Source: a virus
Length of the DNA: 64,000 bases
Strand: one strand, 5' to 3'
Virus record (IMG/VR): IMGVR_UViG_3300042197_001567
Span: 27,095-91,094 of that record
The notes beneath the pieces were generated by a model that did not search any database, was not told the origin of the DNA, and saw nothing but the letters and a program-made list of their open reading frames with translations. Made by a program: the position numbers and the translations under genes. This document shows, piece by piece, positions 19,937 through 28,308 of the stretch (positions are counted from its first letter, which is position 1; the number at the start of each line of letters is the position of its first letter).

Positions 19937-20769
19937 TATTTGTTTTTTAGTTTATCGATTATTTCCCACCCTTTGTTTTTACCATATGCTTTTAAAGTTG
20001 TGGTGCTAACAGACAATTTATTTTTTTTTACATGTTCAATAAATGAAGTATAACCCAAAAATTTTAAAATGTCATTAGATGGTGTTTTAATTACCCAAAT
20101 AATTTTTCTAGAGTGAGATTGTTTTTCCACCGATTCCTTGCTCCTTTTCTTACCTAATCTAGATAAAGACATTTGTATTTTTCGTTCATCAGTATATTTT
20201 TTACCTTTGTTAGGTGATACTTGTCCTTTTTTTTTATCTGAAATTTTTTTCTTGGATTCATTAGACATTGGTTTTTTTTTTATACCTTTTAGTGACTCAC
20301 TAATTTTTTTTCTTGTGTTGTCATTTATAATTCTACCTTTAGACACTTCTCTAATTTTTTTTCTAAAACCTTCAGACATTTTTAGACCTTTATTCCAACC
20401 ACCGATATTTCTATTTTGATTTTTTGCGGTTTGAGACATTTTAATTTTACTTTCTTTGGTGTGTTTTTTTCCTAACATAGGGGATCCGCCGTCACCACCT
20501 GAAGTTAAATTAACTAAATTAAATCCCCAACATTTCATTTGATAAATCCAATATGACTCAATTTCATTTGATATGTCATCATCACAGATATCTAATATTT
20601 CCATAACAATTTTTCTGTTATTTAATAAAACATTATTAATCCACTTTTCTTTATAAGTTTTTTTGTGTTTACTCTCATTGATGTGTGAGTGATATCTTTT
20701 GACGGTAAATTTTGTTTTACCAACATAACGGATTTTTTCTCCGTCGCTTAATGTGTAAATATAAGTCAT
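19936..20769 (-). mobile_element. GIY-YIG homing endonuclease with NUMOD3 repeats
   Basis: YIY..IRYVGKT..R..H, E..WI, NLTSGGDG, repeated GKKHTKESKIKMS-type motifs. Confidence 0.85.
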
Positions 20770-20797
20770 AACAATAAATATTATGACTTATATAATA

Positions 20798-22045
20798 TTA
20801 CTTAACTAAACTCAAATAAAAATCAGCTCTTGTTTTAGTGACCAAATTAAGATCATATCTATCTTTTACGGTTTCATACAATCTTTCTCCAAGATCTGTA
20901 ATCATATTTGGATTTTCAACCAATTTTTTAATCGATTTGAACCAATCGCTGTGATTTCTTGTCTCATCAACTAATAGTGCGTTTCCATCAGTAAACTGAC
21001 CATTTTTAAGTGCGTGTTTTAAATCAATTGTATATGGACCAACGTTTGATGCGATTAATGCTTTTTTATAAAAGCCAGCCTCAATTACTTTTAATTGTGA
21101 TTTCATTCGATTAAATACATGATTTTTAATTGGTGCTAATGAAATATCAAATTTAGAATAATTTTTAGCATAGCTTGTAACCGGTCTTGTCCATACTCTA
21201 ACATAATTTTCATTCTCAACACCAAGGTAATCGTTCTCAATAAAAGTATCTAAATAATTTTTATACTTTTCTGAAATTATTTTGTAATTATCAGTAAAAA
21301 TCTGTTCGTATTTAACCCAAACGGTTTCTTCAGGTCTAATTGGTCTTTGTGTTTTTTCACCAGTTTGTCTATTGATTTCAGTAACTTGTCCTCTAATGTC
21401 AAATCCACAAACATAATACTGTAACTTATTTTGGTAGTTTGACAACTTTGGGACCAATCCGTCTAAAAGTTTTAAATCATGTAGGTGAGAAGATCCTCCT
21501 AACCAACCAACTCTAATTTTTTCGGATGGTAGTGTTGGTTCACAAAACTGCGGGTCTTTTGGATCAACAGCATTAGGTAAAACAAAAACATTTTTATTAA
21601 ATTTTCTAATTTCATTTGCAAACAATTCTGTGGTTGTCGTAACATAATCACAAACTTTAAGATTTGCCATAATTTTCTCGTGCAATTTGTTTGACACGAT
21701 TAACTGATGAATTGGATGTTCTTTTGTTGGTAACCAATAATCATCAATATCTCCAATTACAACAATACCTAATGACCGTAATGATTTAATTAAATTTGGT
21801 GTGTTATCGTAATCTGAACCTATGGTTCTGTGAAAATGTACAATCTGATATTTTTTCCAGTAATTTATATCGTTAATTCTTGGCGAATAATCAATATCAA
21901 CATGAAACTCGTCTGGAAAAAGATTTTGTAATTTAACGTGGGGGTCAACTGAACGGAATTTACCTCAGCCAACCCCCGACTGGTCACTTGGAAGAACCAA
22001 TACTCTGATTCTTTCACGACCATTCAAGGGGTTATTTTGTGTCAT
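20798..22045 (-). CDS. GT-B glycosyltransferase whose reading frame contains an in-frame TGA at codon 27 (21967-21965)
   Basis: Track ORF 20798..21697 continues in frame upstream: MTQNNPLNGRERIRVLVLPSDQSGVG*GKFRSVDPH...DIDDYW...; C-terminal GWLGGSSH, DISLAP, KSQLKVIEAG. Confidence 0.8.
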
Positions 22046-22946
22046 ATTTTTTAATTAGTTTATTTATTATAGTTCGATCCGAAATATAATCCGATTCCCA
22101 AACTACTTCTAAATTATAACCATTATTTAAAATTATGTCAACTTTGTTTCTATCATATTCCCAAAGTTTTTCGGCCGTCATACCTTTTACTTGGTGAAAA
22201 TAGTCTTTATTGTACTTGTTTGGGTTACAGTGCCAATAATCACCATTATACTCTATTATCAAATTTAATTTAGGTAAAAATATATCACAAATTTTTGTAT
22301 CAACTCTGTGAGAATGTTTTACACTATACCCAAGTTTTTTTATTTCATTTATTATTTCTTTTTCTGTTTTTGATCTGTTAATTGATTTTAATTTACCTAG
22401 TCTTCTTGTTTCATTCATTTTTTCAGACATTATTTTTTTAACGTGATCTAATTCACCACTATCCCATTTTTGTTTAAGATTTTTTCTTGCCTTTTCTTTC
22501 CACATTTTGTTTGACATAGAATTTTTATTACCAGTCGCCTTTCCTTTTCTATTTTCAGATATTTGTTTTTTTGTTTCTTCTGAATGTTTTTTATTATAAA
22601 ATGGGTTATTATTTCCTTTCATATTTTCAGATAAACAACTTTTACAAACTGAATTTTTATTTTCTGAATTAAAATAGTTTCTACATGTTGTTACTTGAGT
22701 TTTTGTTGTAATTAATATTATTTTTTCACATCTCGGACATTTTCTTTCAGTTACATACTTCCCATTTATTAGTTTTATCTCAATAGATTTACATCTATTT
22801 CTTTTTCTAACAACTTTGTTATCATTCAGTATTTTTAAAATAGTTGGTTTAGAAACATTAAATTCTTCGGCAATTTGTATCGAATTTCTTCCTTGTAAAT
22901 ATTTTTTGATGATTAACTTTTCGTCCAGATTGATCTTTTTACCCAT
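22032..22946 (-). mobile_element. homing endonuclease: HTH + Zn finger + NUMOD3 + Vsr/DUF559-like nuclease domain
   Basis: CPRC..CKSC, NPFYNKKHSEETKKQIS, D..IIEYNGDYWH..D..K..GYNLEVVWESD; start reassigned to ATG 22946. Confidence 0.8.
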
Positions 22947-23005
22947 AACATTTTTTATTATAAATACACCGTAAATGTCAATAGGCAACATTAACAATAG
23001 AAAAT

Positions 23006-23036
23006 AAAAAACCCCACAACAATTGTCATGGGGATT
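23006..23036 (-). terminator. intrinsic terminator
   Basis: Minus strand AATCCCCATGAC-AATT-GTTGTGGGGTT followed by a T run. Confidence 0.65.
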
Positions 23037-23055
23037 ACTACATTTTTTTAGTTGA

Positions 23056-23646
23056 TTAATCTTTGTTAGATATTTTTTTGATTTTAGTTAATTTACCTTC
23101 AAATATATGATTACCAACTCTAAATTTAAAAACTTCATCACTTCTTGTTGTTGATTCTACAAGTAATCCATTTTCTTTTAACACATCTTCAACCGTTTCT
23201 CTAACAATATTTTTAATAGATGAAAGATCAACATTTGTTGATTGTCTTTGTTGTTGTGGTTGTTGCTTAGTCGGTTGTTCTTGTAAGTTAGAATTCATAA
23301 GTCTAGATGCCTTTTCAACTAATTCATTTGATAGTGTCGGTCCTGAACCCATAGTTGGTTTATCAATAGGATGTTCCATCATTAATTTTTTAATTTCATC
23401 TGGAAGTTTAGAGTTCATAATTCTTTGTTCTGTTGGCATTTGATTTACCATGTCAACAGTTGTTTGCGGTCTTGACTCGGTTAGAAACTCGTTTGGCAAA
23501 TTATATTTTGCCTGTGGGGTTTGAAATTCTTGTAGCTGAACATTAGAAGTTGATTGGATATTACCACCTCTTCCCATGTCATTATGTTTTTCCATTATTT
23601 TTTTGGAAATCATTAGTTTGTTTAAAAGATCTTGTTCTGAATTCAT
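23056..23646 (-). CDS. hypothetical protein, 196 aa
   Basis: ORF at the end of the late operon; IKNIVRETVEDVLKE motif. Confidence 0.65.
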   Translation of the reverse strand: MNSEQDLLNKLMISKKIMEKHNDMGRGGNIQSTSNVQLQEFQTPQAKYNLPNEFLTESRPQTTVDMVNQMPTEQRIMNSKLPDEIKKLMMEHPIDKPTMGSGPTLSNELVEKASRLMNSNLQEQPTKQQPQQQRQSTNVDLSSIKNIVRETVEDVLKENGLLVESTTRSDEVFKFRVGNHIFEGKLTKIKKISNKD

Positions 23647-23687
23647 ATTAATAATATTAGTATATTGGTTAAAAAATTAAATACTAT

Positions 23688-24068
23688 TTAAAATACTGCG
23701 TTTATAATAACTTTGGTCATGCTTTTATCTCCCGCAGGATTATAATTTGGTCTTGGCTCGTTAAAAGTTTCGGTCGTAGGTTTTAAAGTTATTATTTTAT
23801 CAACCCTAAATAATCTCCAACTCGGTAATGGTTTTTGACCTATATACGCCCTGTGAGAAGATCCTTCTAAATCCCACGCTCTTAAAACCGGATTTCCCGC
23901 CTTACTATAACCATAACAAACTGGTTCTACAATTCTTAAACCTTTTCCTCCTGGTTCATCACCATTATAATAAACAATAACACGTTGTCTTTTTTTTATC
24001 GCATCAACAATACTATCGATCGAAGCGATTTCATTCAATAACATATTATATGTTTCTAATAACTTCAT
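23688..24068 (-). CDS. stand-alone WYL-domain protein
   Basis: Y..RIVEPVCYG..VLRAW..WRLFRVDKI. Confidence 0.75.
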   Translation of the reverse strand: MKLLETYNMLLNEIASIDSIVDAIKKRQRVIVYYNGDEPGGKGLRIVEPVCYGYSKAGNPVLRAWDLEGSSHRAYIGQKPLPSWRLFRVDKIITLKPTTETFNEPRPNYNPAGDKSMTKVIINAVF

Positions 24069-24355
24069 TATGCTGAAGGTGTGGTATAGGGTTTGTCTTT
24101 TTGGTATTCGTTGATTTTAATCTCATTGATTCTTTCAATAACATCAACTGAAGAACCTCCATTTGCCGTATCTAAAAAGATGCCGGTACCTTTACCAAAC
24201 TCATCTCCATCACCTAAAGCATCTGGATTTGTTGATGAATACTTATTTTGTTCCTTATAATCATTTTTAGGAATAAGTTTTTTTCTTTGTTCTTCACCAA
24301 TAATACCAAGGTCATTCATTGGTTGACTAAAATCTAATCTCTCTGTAGTTGCCAT
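24068..24355 (-). CDS. hypothetical protein, 95 aa
   Basis: Coupled ORF; ALGDGDEFGKGTG. Confidence 0.65.
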   Translation of the reverse strand: MATTERLDFSQPMNDLGIIGEEQRKKLIPKNDYKEQNKYSSTNPDALGDGDEFGKGTGIFLDTANGGSSVDVIERINEIKINEYQKDKPYTTPSA

Positions 24356-24825
24356 TAAAGTAGTTTTTTCATTATTTCGTTTATCCTTTTCAGGTGTTCT
24401 CTTATTTTAACATCTTGTGTAAATGTACTATGTTCTTTGGATGGTCTATTCATATCGGCCAACCATCCCATTTCATCATGTAATTTTGTATCAACAGGTT
24501 CTGGACTGTAATCTTGTTTAACTTGTTTTGTAAAACTATCACCAGATCGAAGCGTTGTCAAAGTTTGATCTACCCAGCTTCTAACATAATCACCACCATT
24601 TAATATGAAAGGTGCGTCTGTTTTATCTCCAGTATAATTATCGAACCAATTTTTCATTCTACCAAGCTGTTGATAAGTAACTTCACCACTATCTCGTAGT
24701 TCCTGATTTCTATTGTATCCTTCGGTATTTGAATCTGCATTTTGTGCTTGACCAAAACATGATTCCAAATACTCAACAATTTCTTCAGGTAATGGAATTA
24801 TATGACCATATAAATCTTTATTCAT
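24355..24825 (-). CDS. hypothetical protein, 156 aa
   Basis: Coupled ORF; C-terminal IREHLKRINEIM. Confidence 0.65.
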   Translation of the reverse strand: MNKDLYGHIIPLPEEIVEYLESCFGQAQNADSNTEGYNRNQELRDSGEVTYQQLGRMKNWFDNYTGDKTDAPFILNGGDYVRSWVDQTLTTLRSGDSFTKQVKQDYSPEPVDTKLHDEMGWLADMNRPSKEHSTFTQDVKIREHLKRINEIMKKLL

Positions 24826-25943
24826 TACTTAATTTTTTTTAGTAAATGTCTTAATTCTATTCCGTGTTTGTCGGCAATTTTTTTAATCGCTTCTAAATTT
24901 CTAATTATAATTCTTTCGACTGGAGATTGACTTTGTTTTTCTTTTTCGAATATTTCTTCTTCTTTGGATTTTTTATCTAACAAAAGTTCGTCAATCATTT
25001 GTCTCATTTTTTCTTTCCTTAACTCGACAATTCTTTGTACCCCTTCATCGTCTAATTCTGGATCAAAACCTATTGATTCACATCTTGATCTTGCGTCATA
25101 TTCATCCTTAACCTCCAAACCACCATCTTTTGATTTATGGTCACTGCCCTTCCAATTGAACATTTCCATGCACCCTTTAAATGTTTTTATATTTTTTTTT
25201 TGCATCTCATCCCAACCGTAAGAGACAGAAAAATTTTCTTCATCAATTGTCGACTCACCATCTATAGACTCACCATAATAAATTCTGGCTTTAAATGGAA
25301 ATCCCCCACTTGCCATTCTAGTTAGAGATGCTCTCATATCTTGTGTCCATTGAGTGTGTTGACTTCTATCCAAAATTGGAATTGCTGATGATGAAAAGGT
25401 TCCGTCAGCGTCAACAAACTCTTCTATTTCACCAGATGATTTTTCTTTGGTGTTTGATGTAAAATGTAATGATGTTTTTCTTTGTAGTTTAGAAATAAAC
25501 TCATCTATTAATCTTTCATCTGAAAAAAAACTAGTAAGGACCGCAGGTATCGCTCTAACCGCATCCCTTGGTAAAGATTTAATAAAATCTAAATCTTTTT
25601 TTTCTATTTTAAAATCACCATCTAAAACATAATTATTAAGTGCTGTTGACAATATTTTCGCAACCAAATAGGATTCCGCACTTCCTTTTTTTGTTTCTTT
25701 TCTTGTTTTAGATATTTTTGGAAACAATTTTTCAGCAGAAGTTTTTTCTGGATTTTTCAAAATTTGAGTCACAATACTTTTGATTTCCTTTTCTTTTGAT
25801 TTAGGGACCTCAACTTTTTTTTCTTCTTTTTTTGACTCATTCAAGTTTGATGTAACTTTATAATGTACTGTAATACTATTCCCGTTATCTTTCAAATAAA
25901 AATAATAAGGCGAGTTATAATATTTCTTGTTAAGCTCAATCAT
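24825..25943 (-). CDS. hypothetical protein, 372 aa
   Basis: ORF preceded by the late motif at 25958-25965. Confidence 0.65.
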   Translation of the reverse strand: MIELNKKYYNSPYYFYLKDNGNSITVHYKVTSNLNESKKEEKKVEVPKSKEKEIKSIVTQILKNPEKTSAEKLFPKISKTRKETKKGSAESYLVAKILSTALNNYVLDGDFKIEKKDLDFIKSLPRDAVRAIPAVLTSFFSDERLIDEFISKLQRKTSLHFTSNTKEKSSGEIEEFVDADGTFSSSAIPILDRSQHTQWTQDMRASLTRMASGGFPFKARIYYGESIDGESTIDEENFSVSYGWDEMQKKNIKTFKGCMEMFNWKGSDHKSKDGGLEVKDEYDARSRCESIGFDPELDDEGVQRIVELRKEKMRQMIDELLLDKKSKEEEIFEKEKQSQSPVERIIIRNLEAIKKIADKHGIELRHLLKKIK

Positions 25944-25957
25944 GTGTGTATTTTAAA

Positions 25958-25985
25958 TATAAATACTTTAAACTTGGTATTTATA
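25958..25985. promoter_or_regulatory. back-to-back putative late promoters (TATTTATA on each strand)
   Basis: TATAAATA at 25958-25965 and TATTTATA at 25978-25985 in a 52-bp divergent gap. Confidence 0.7.
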
Positions 25986-25995
25986 AAGAAAAAGA

Positions 25996-28239
25996 ATGGC
26001 CGAGCAAAATATAAATCAATACGTTTATAAAAAATATAAATTAAGTATAGTTTCGGATTCTCAAGATATGTCCTTGGCTTCCGACGAAAATGACTACCAA
26101 CAGGAAGTTATTTTTTCACCATACTTAATTGCTCAAACTTATGGAAAAAAATTACCAGTATTTTTCGATTTAAATGACACGTTAACGGCACAAGATATTT
26201 CATTAACTTATAATAATTTTAACCCAAATAATATTTTAGTTTCTGCAAATTATTACACAAAAGAAAATAATAATTTTTGTGGATTAAGTGCGTCCACCGC
26301 ATGTGACGTGGGTCTTACGGGTATTGATAATGGTCTTGTAGATAAAATGGTCGGAAAGGACATTTATTTCACAAATGGTATTTTTGAAGACTCTGTAAAG
26401 TTTGAAAGAGAATATTTTGATAAAAGATTAAAATTATTTCAAGTAACCGGGCATACAGGTCAAAACGCCAAATTTTCGGGAATACCAAATTATACAAAAT
26501 ATGAAGTGGTGTCAAAAATAGATCCCACGGCCGGAAGATATCATGAATTATATGGTGGATTTTATCAAGGGTTTTATAAGTTGTATGGTTATGATTACGA
26601 AATTCTTCCAGAAAGAATGGAAAAAGGATGGACGGTAGAAATGGTTTTAAAACCAAGATTTTGTGACCAATATGGTCCAGGAATTGGTGAAACAACTTTA
26701 AACACAATTTATCCTAAAAATAAGAATACATTTTTTTATATGGGTACTAGAGCGGAAAATAAGTTTTACCATTATGCCGACGGAACCCCAAAATGTTTTT
26801 CCGGTTATACAAGAGTTACAACACCATTAGCAAATTGTGTTGAGACTTGTGCTTGTTGTAATCTAACTATATCAAATAGTAAATGTGTATATGTTTATCC
26901 GCCAAGACCTATTGGTGGAAACTTTGATCCACATATAAGTTATTCATGTCCAACTTGTGGTTCAATTACCGGTGGTAAAACTTCTTGTGGATGTAGTTGT
27001 GGTGATTTAGCATGTTTAGAATGTGGATATCAATGTTTTGAACATAAATGTGATATTGTAATAACCCCAACTCCCACACCGACCCCAGTACCAACTCCAG
27101 TTCCAAGTTGTGAAACCACGACTCCAGTTTGTACCCCAACTTGTACGACATGTAGTGGTGATGGTTGTTTTGAATGTTTGGACTGTCCATCGTCAGGTTT
27201 TACAACAATACAAGACACATGTGAAAAAAACCCGTTAGATGATGTAATGTCTAATAACATATCTTTTAAAATTTGTGGAGACATAAAAAATCCAAGAATT
27301 GGTATTAAAGTTTTAAGATTTACAGGTGATTGTATAACTACTGGTGACACAACAATTGGAACTGGTGTTACTTTTACAACCGGATATACAATACAAGAAT
27401 GGTGTACTCCAGCAATATATGATGCATGTAAAGACTTAAACCCGGCATTTTTAGATGAAGAACATTGGTTTATGGTAAGTGTGGTGTGGGAAAGATATAC
27501 CTATTTAGATGAATGTGATTTGTGGTATAGAGGAGGACTTGGTGATATAACTAAAAAAGAAAATGTTGAGTCCTTGGCAAATAATAGCATGTCTCTAATT
27601 ATGCCACCATATTCCAATAATAAAAAAGAAGAAGAATTTGTTGATATAGTTAATCTTAACAGTAAATGGATTGAAGATAAGAAATTCAGAAATGGTAGAT
27701 TAAAAATTTATGTTAATGGTAAAAAATTATATACAATTGAAAATTTTGAAGAGGTAATTCCAAGACCTTTGAATACGGAAAAAGAAAAACAATTGACCGT
27801 ACCTTTTAATATATCGTGGGGTGGTGGAACACAAGGTCTTCACGAAAATTTAACATTTTCATCTTGCACTGGACTAACATCAAATTATATTCAAGACCCA
27901 GAATGTTTTCCAACATCATTACTGGATACAACATCACTTTCTGGGTTGACAACAAATATTATGTTGGAGAAAGAATTTGGTGGAACTTTTGAAGGAGGGA
28001 TTTCGCAATTTAGAATGTGCGTGGAACCATTGAGTGTGTCCGAAATCAAACACAATTTTGATGTGATAAAAGATAGATTTAGAATGTTTGACCCATATTG
28101 CCCTAATTGTAATACGACTTATTGTCCTTACAATGATTTTACGTATGTGTTGTACACCACAACTACAACTACATTCAACCCAACTACAACAACTACAACT
28201 TTTTTTCCAATAACAACTACAACAACAACTTTTATTTAA
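25996..28239 (+). CDS. Cys-rich virion protein with LamG/ConA-like segments and Pro/Thr tracts
   Basis: GWTVEM, LKIYVNGK, FNISWGGG, FEGGISQFR; PTPTPTPVPTP; C-terminal TTTTTT x3. Confidence 0.6.
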   Translation: MAEQNINQYVYKKYKLSIVSDSQDMSLASDENDYQQEVIFSPYLIAQTYGKKLPVFFDLNDTLTAQDISLTYNNFNPNNILVSANYYTKENNNFCGLSASTACDVGLTGIDNGLVDKMVGKDIYFTNGIFEDSVKFEREYFDKRLKLFQVTGHTGQNAKFSGIPNYTKYEVVSKIDPTAGRYHELYGGFYQGFYKLYGYDYEILPERMEKGWTVEMVLKPRFCDQYGPGIGETTLNTIYPKNKNTFFYMGTRAENKFYHYADGTPKCFSGYTRVTTPLANCVETCACCNLTISNSKCVYVYPPRPIGGNFDPHISYSCPTCGSITGGKTSCGCSCGDLACLECGYQCFEHKCDIVITPTPTPTPVPTPVPSCETTTPVCTPTCTTCSGDGCFECLDCPSSGFTTIQDTCEKNPLDDVMSNNISFKICGDIKNPRIGIKVLRFTGDCITTGDTTIGTGVTFTTGYTIQEWCTPAIYDACKDLNPAFLDEEHWFMVSVVWERYTYLDECDLWYRGGLGDITKKENVESLANNSMSLIMPPYSNNKKEEEFVDIVNLNSKWIEDKKFRNGRLKIYVNGKKLYTIENFEEVIPRPLNTEKEKQLTVPFNISWGGGTQGLHENLTFSSCTGLTSNYIQDPECFPTSLLDTTSLSGLTTNIMLEKEFGGTFEGGISQFRMCVEPLSVSEIKHNFDVIKDRFRMFDPYCPNCNTTYCPYNDFTYVLYTTTTTTFNPTTTTTTFFPITTTTTTFI

Positions 28240-28308
28240 TTTTTTTTTTCAAAATGACATTTGTCGTTGTATTTATATAAAAATAAACATTAATAAAAAA
28301 AATAAAAA

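Noticed and set aside
21965-21967. Genome-wide TGA reassignment (alternative genetic code)
   Set aside because: Other genes are intact under code 11, Trp is encoded by TGG, and TGA ends genes such as the tail tube (59723) and the sigma factor
21940-21977. Selenocysteine UGA with SECIS
   Set aside because: The UGA sits in the 5' arm of the stem rather than just upstream of it, the position is a Gly-rich loop of a GT-B enzyme, and no sel genes are seen; not formally excluded
21960-23050. Group I intron carrying the Vsr-like endonuclease
   Set aside because: The GT N-terminus lies downstream of the endonuclease gene, there is no upstream exon, and there is no non-coding space for a ribozyme core
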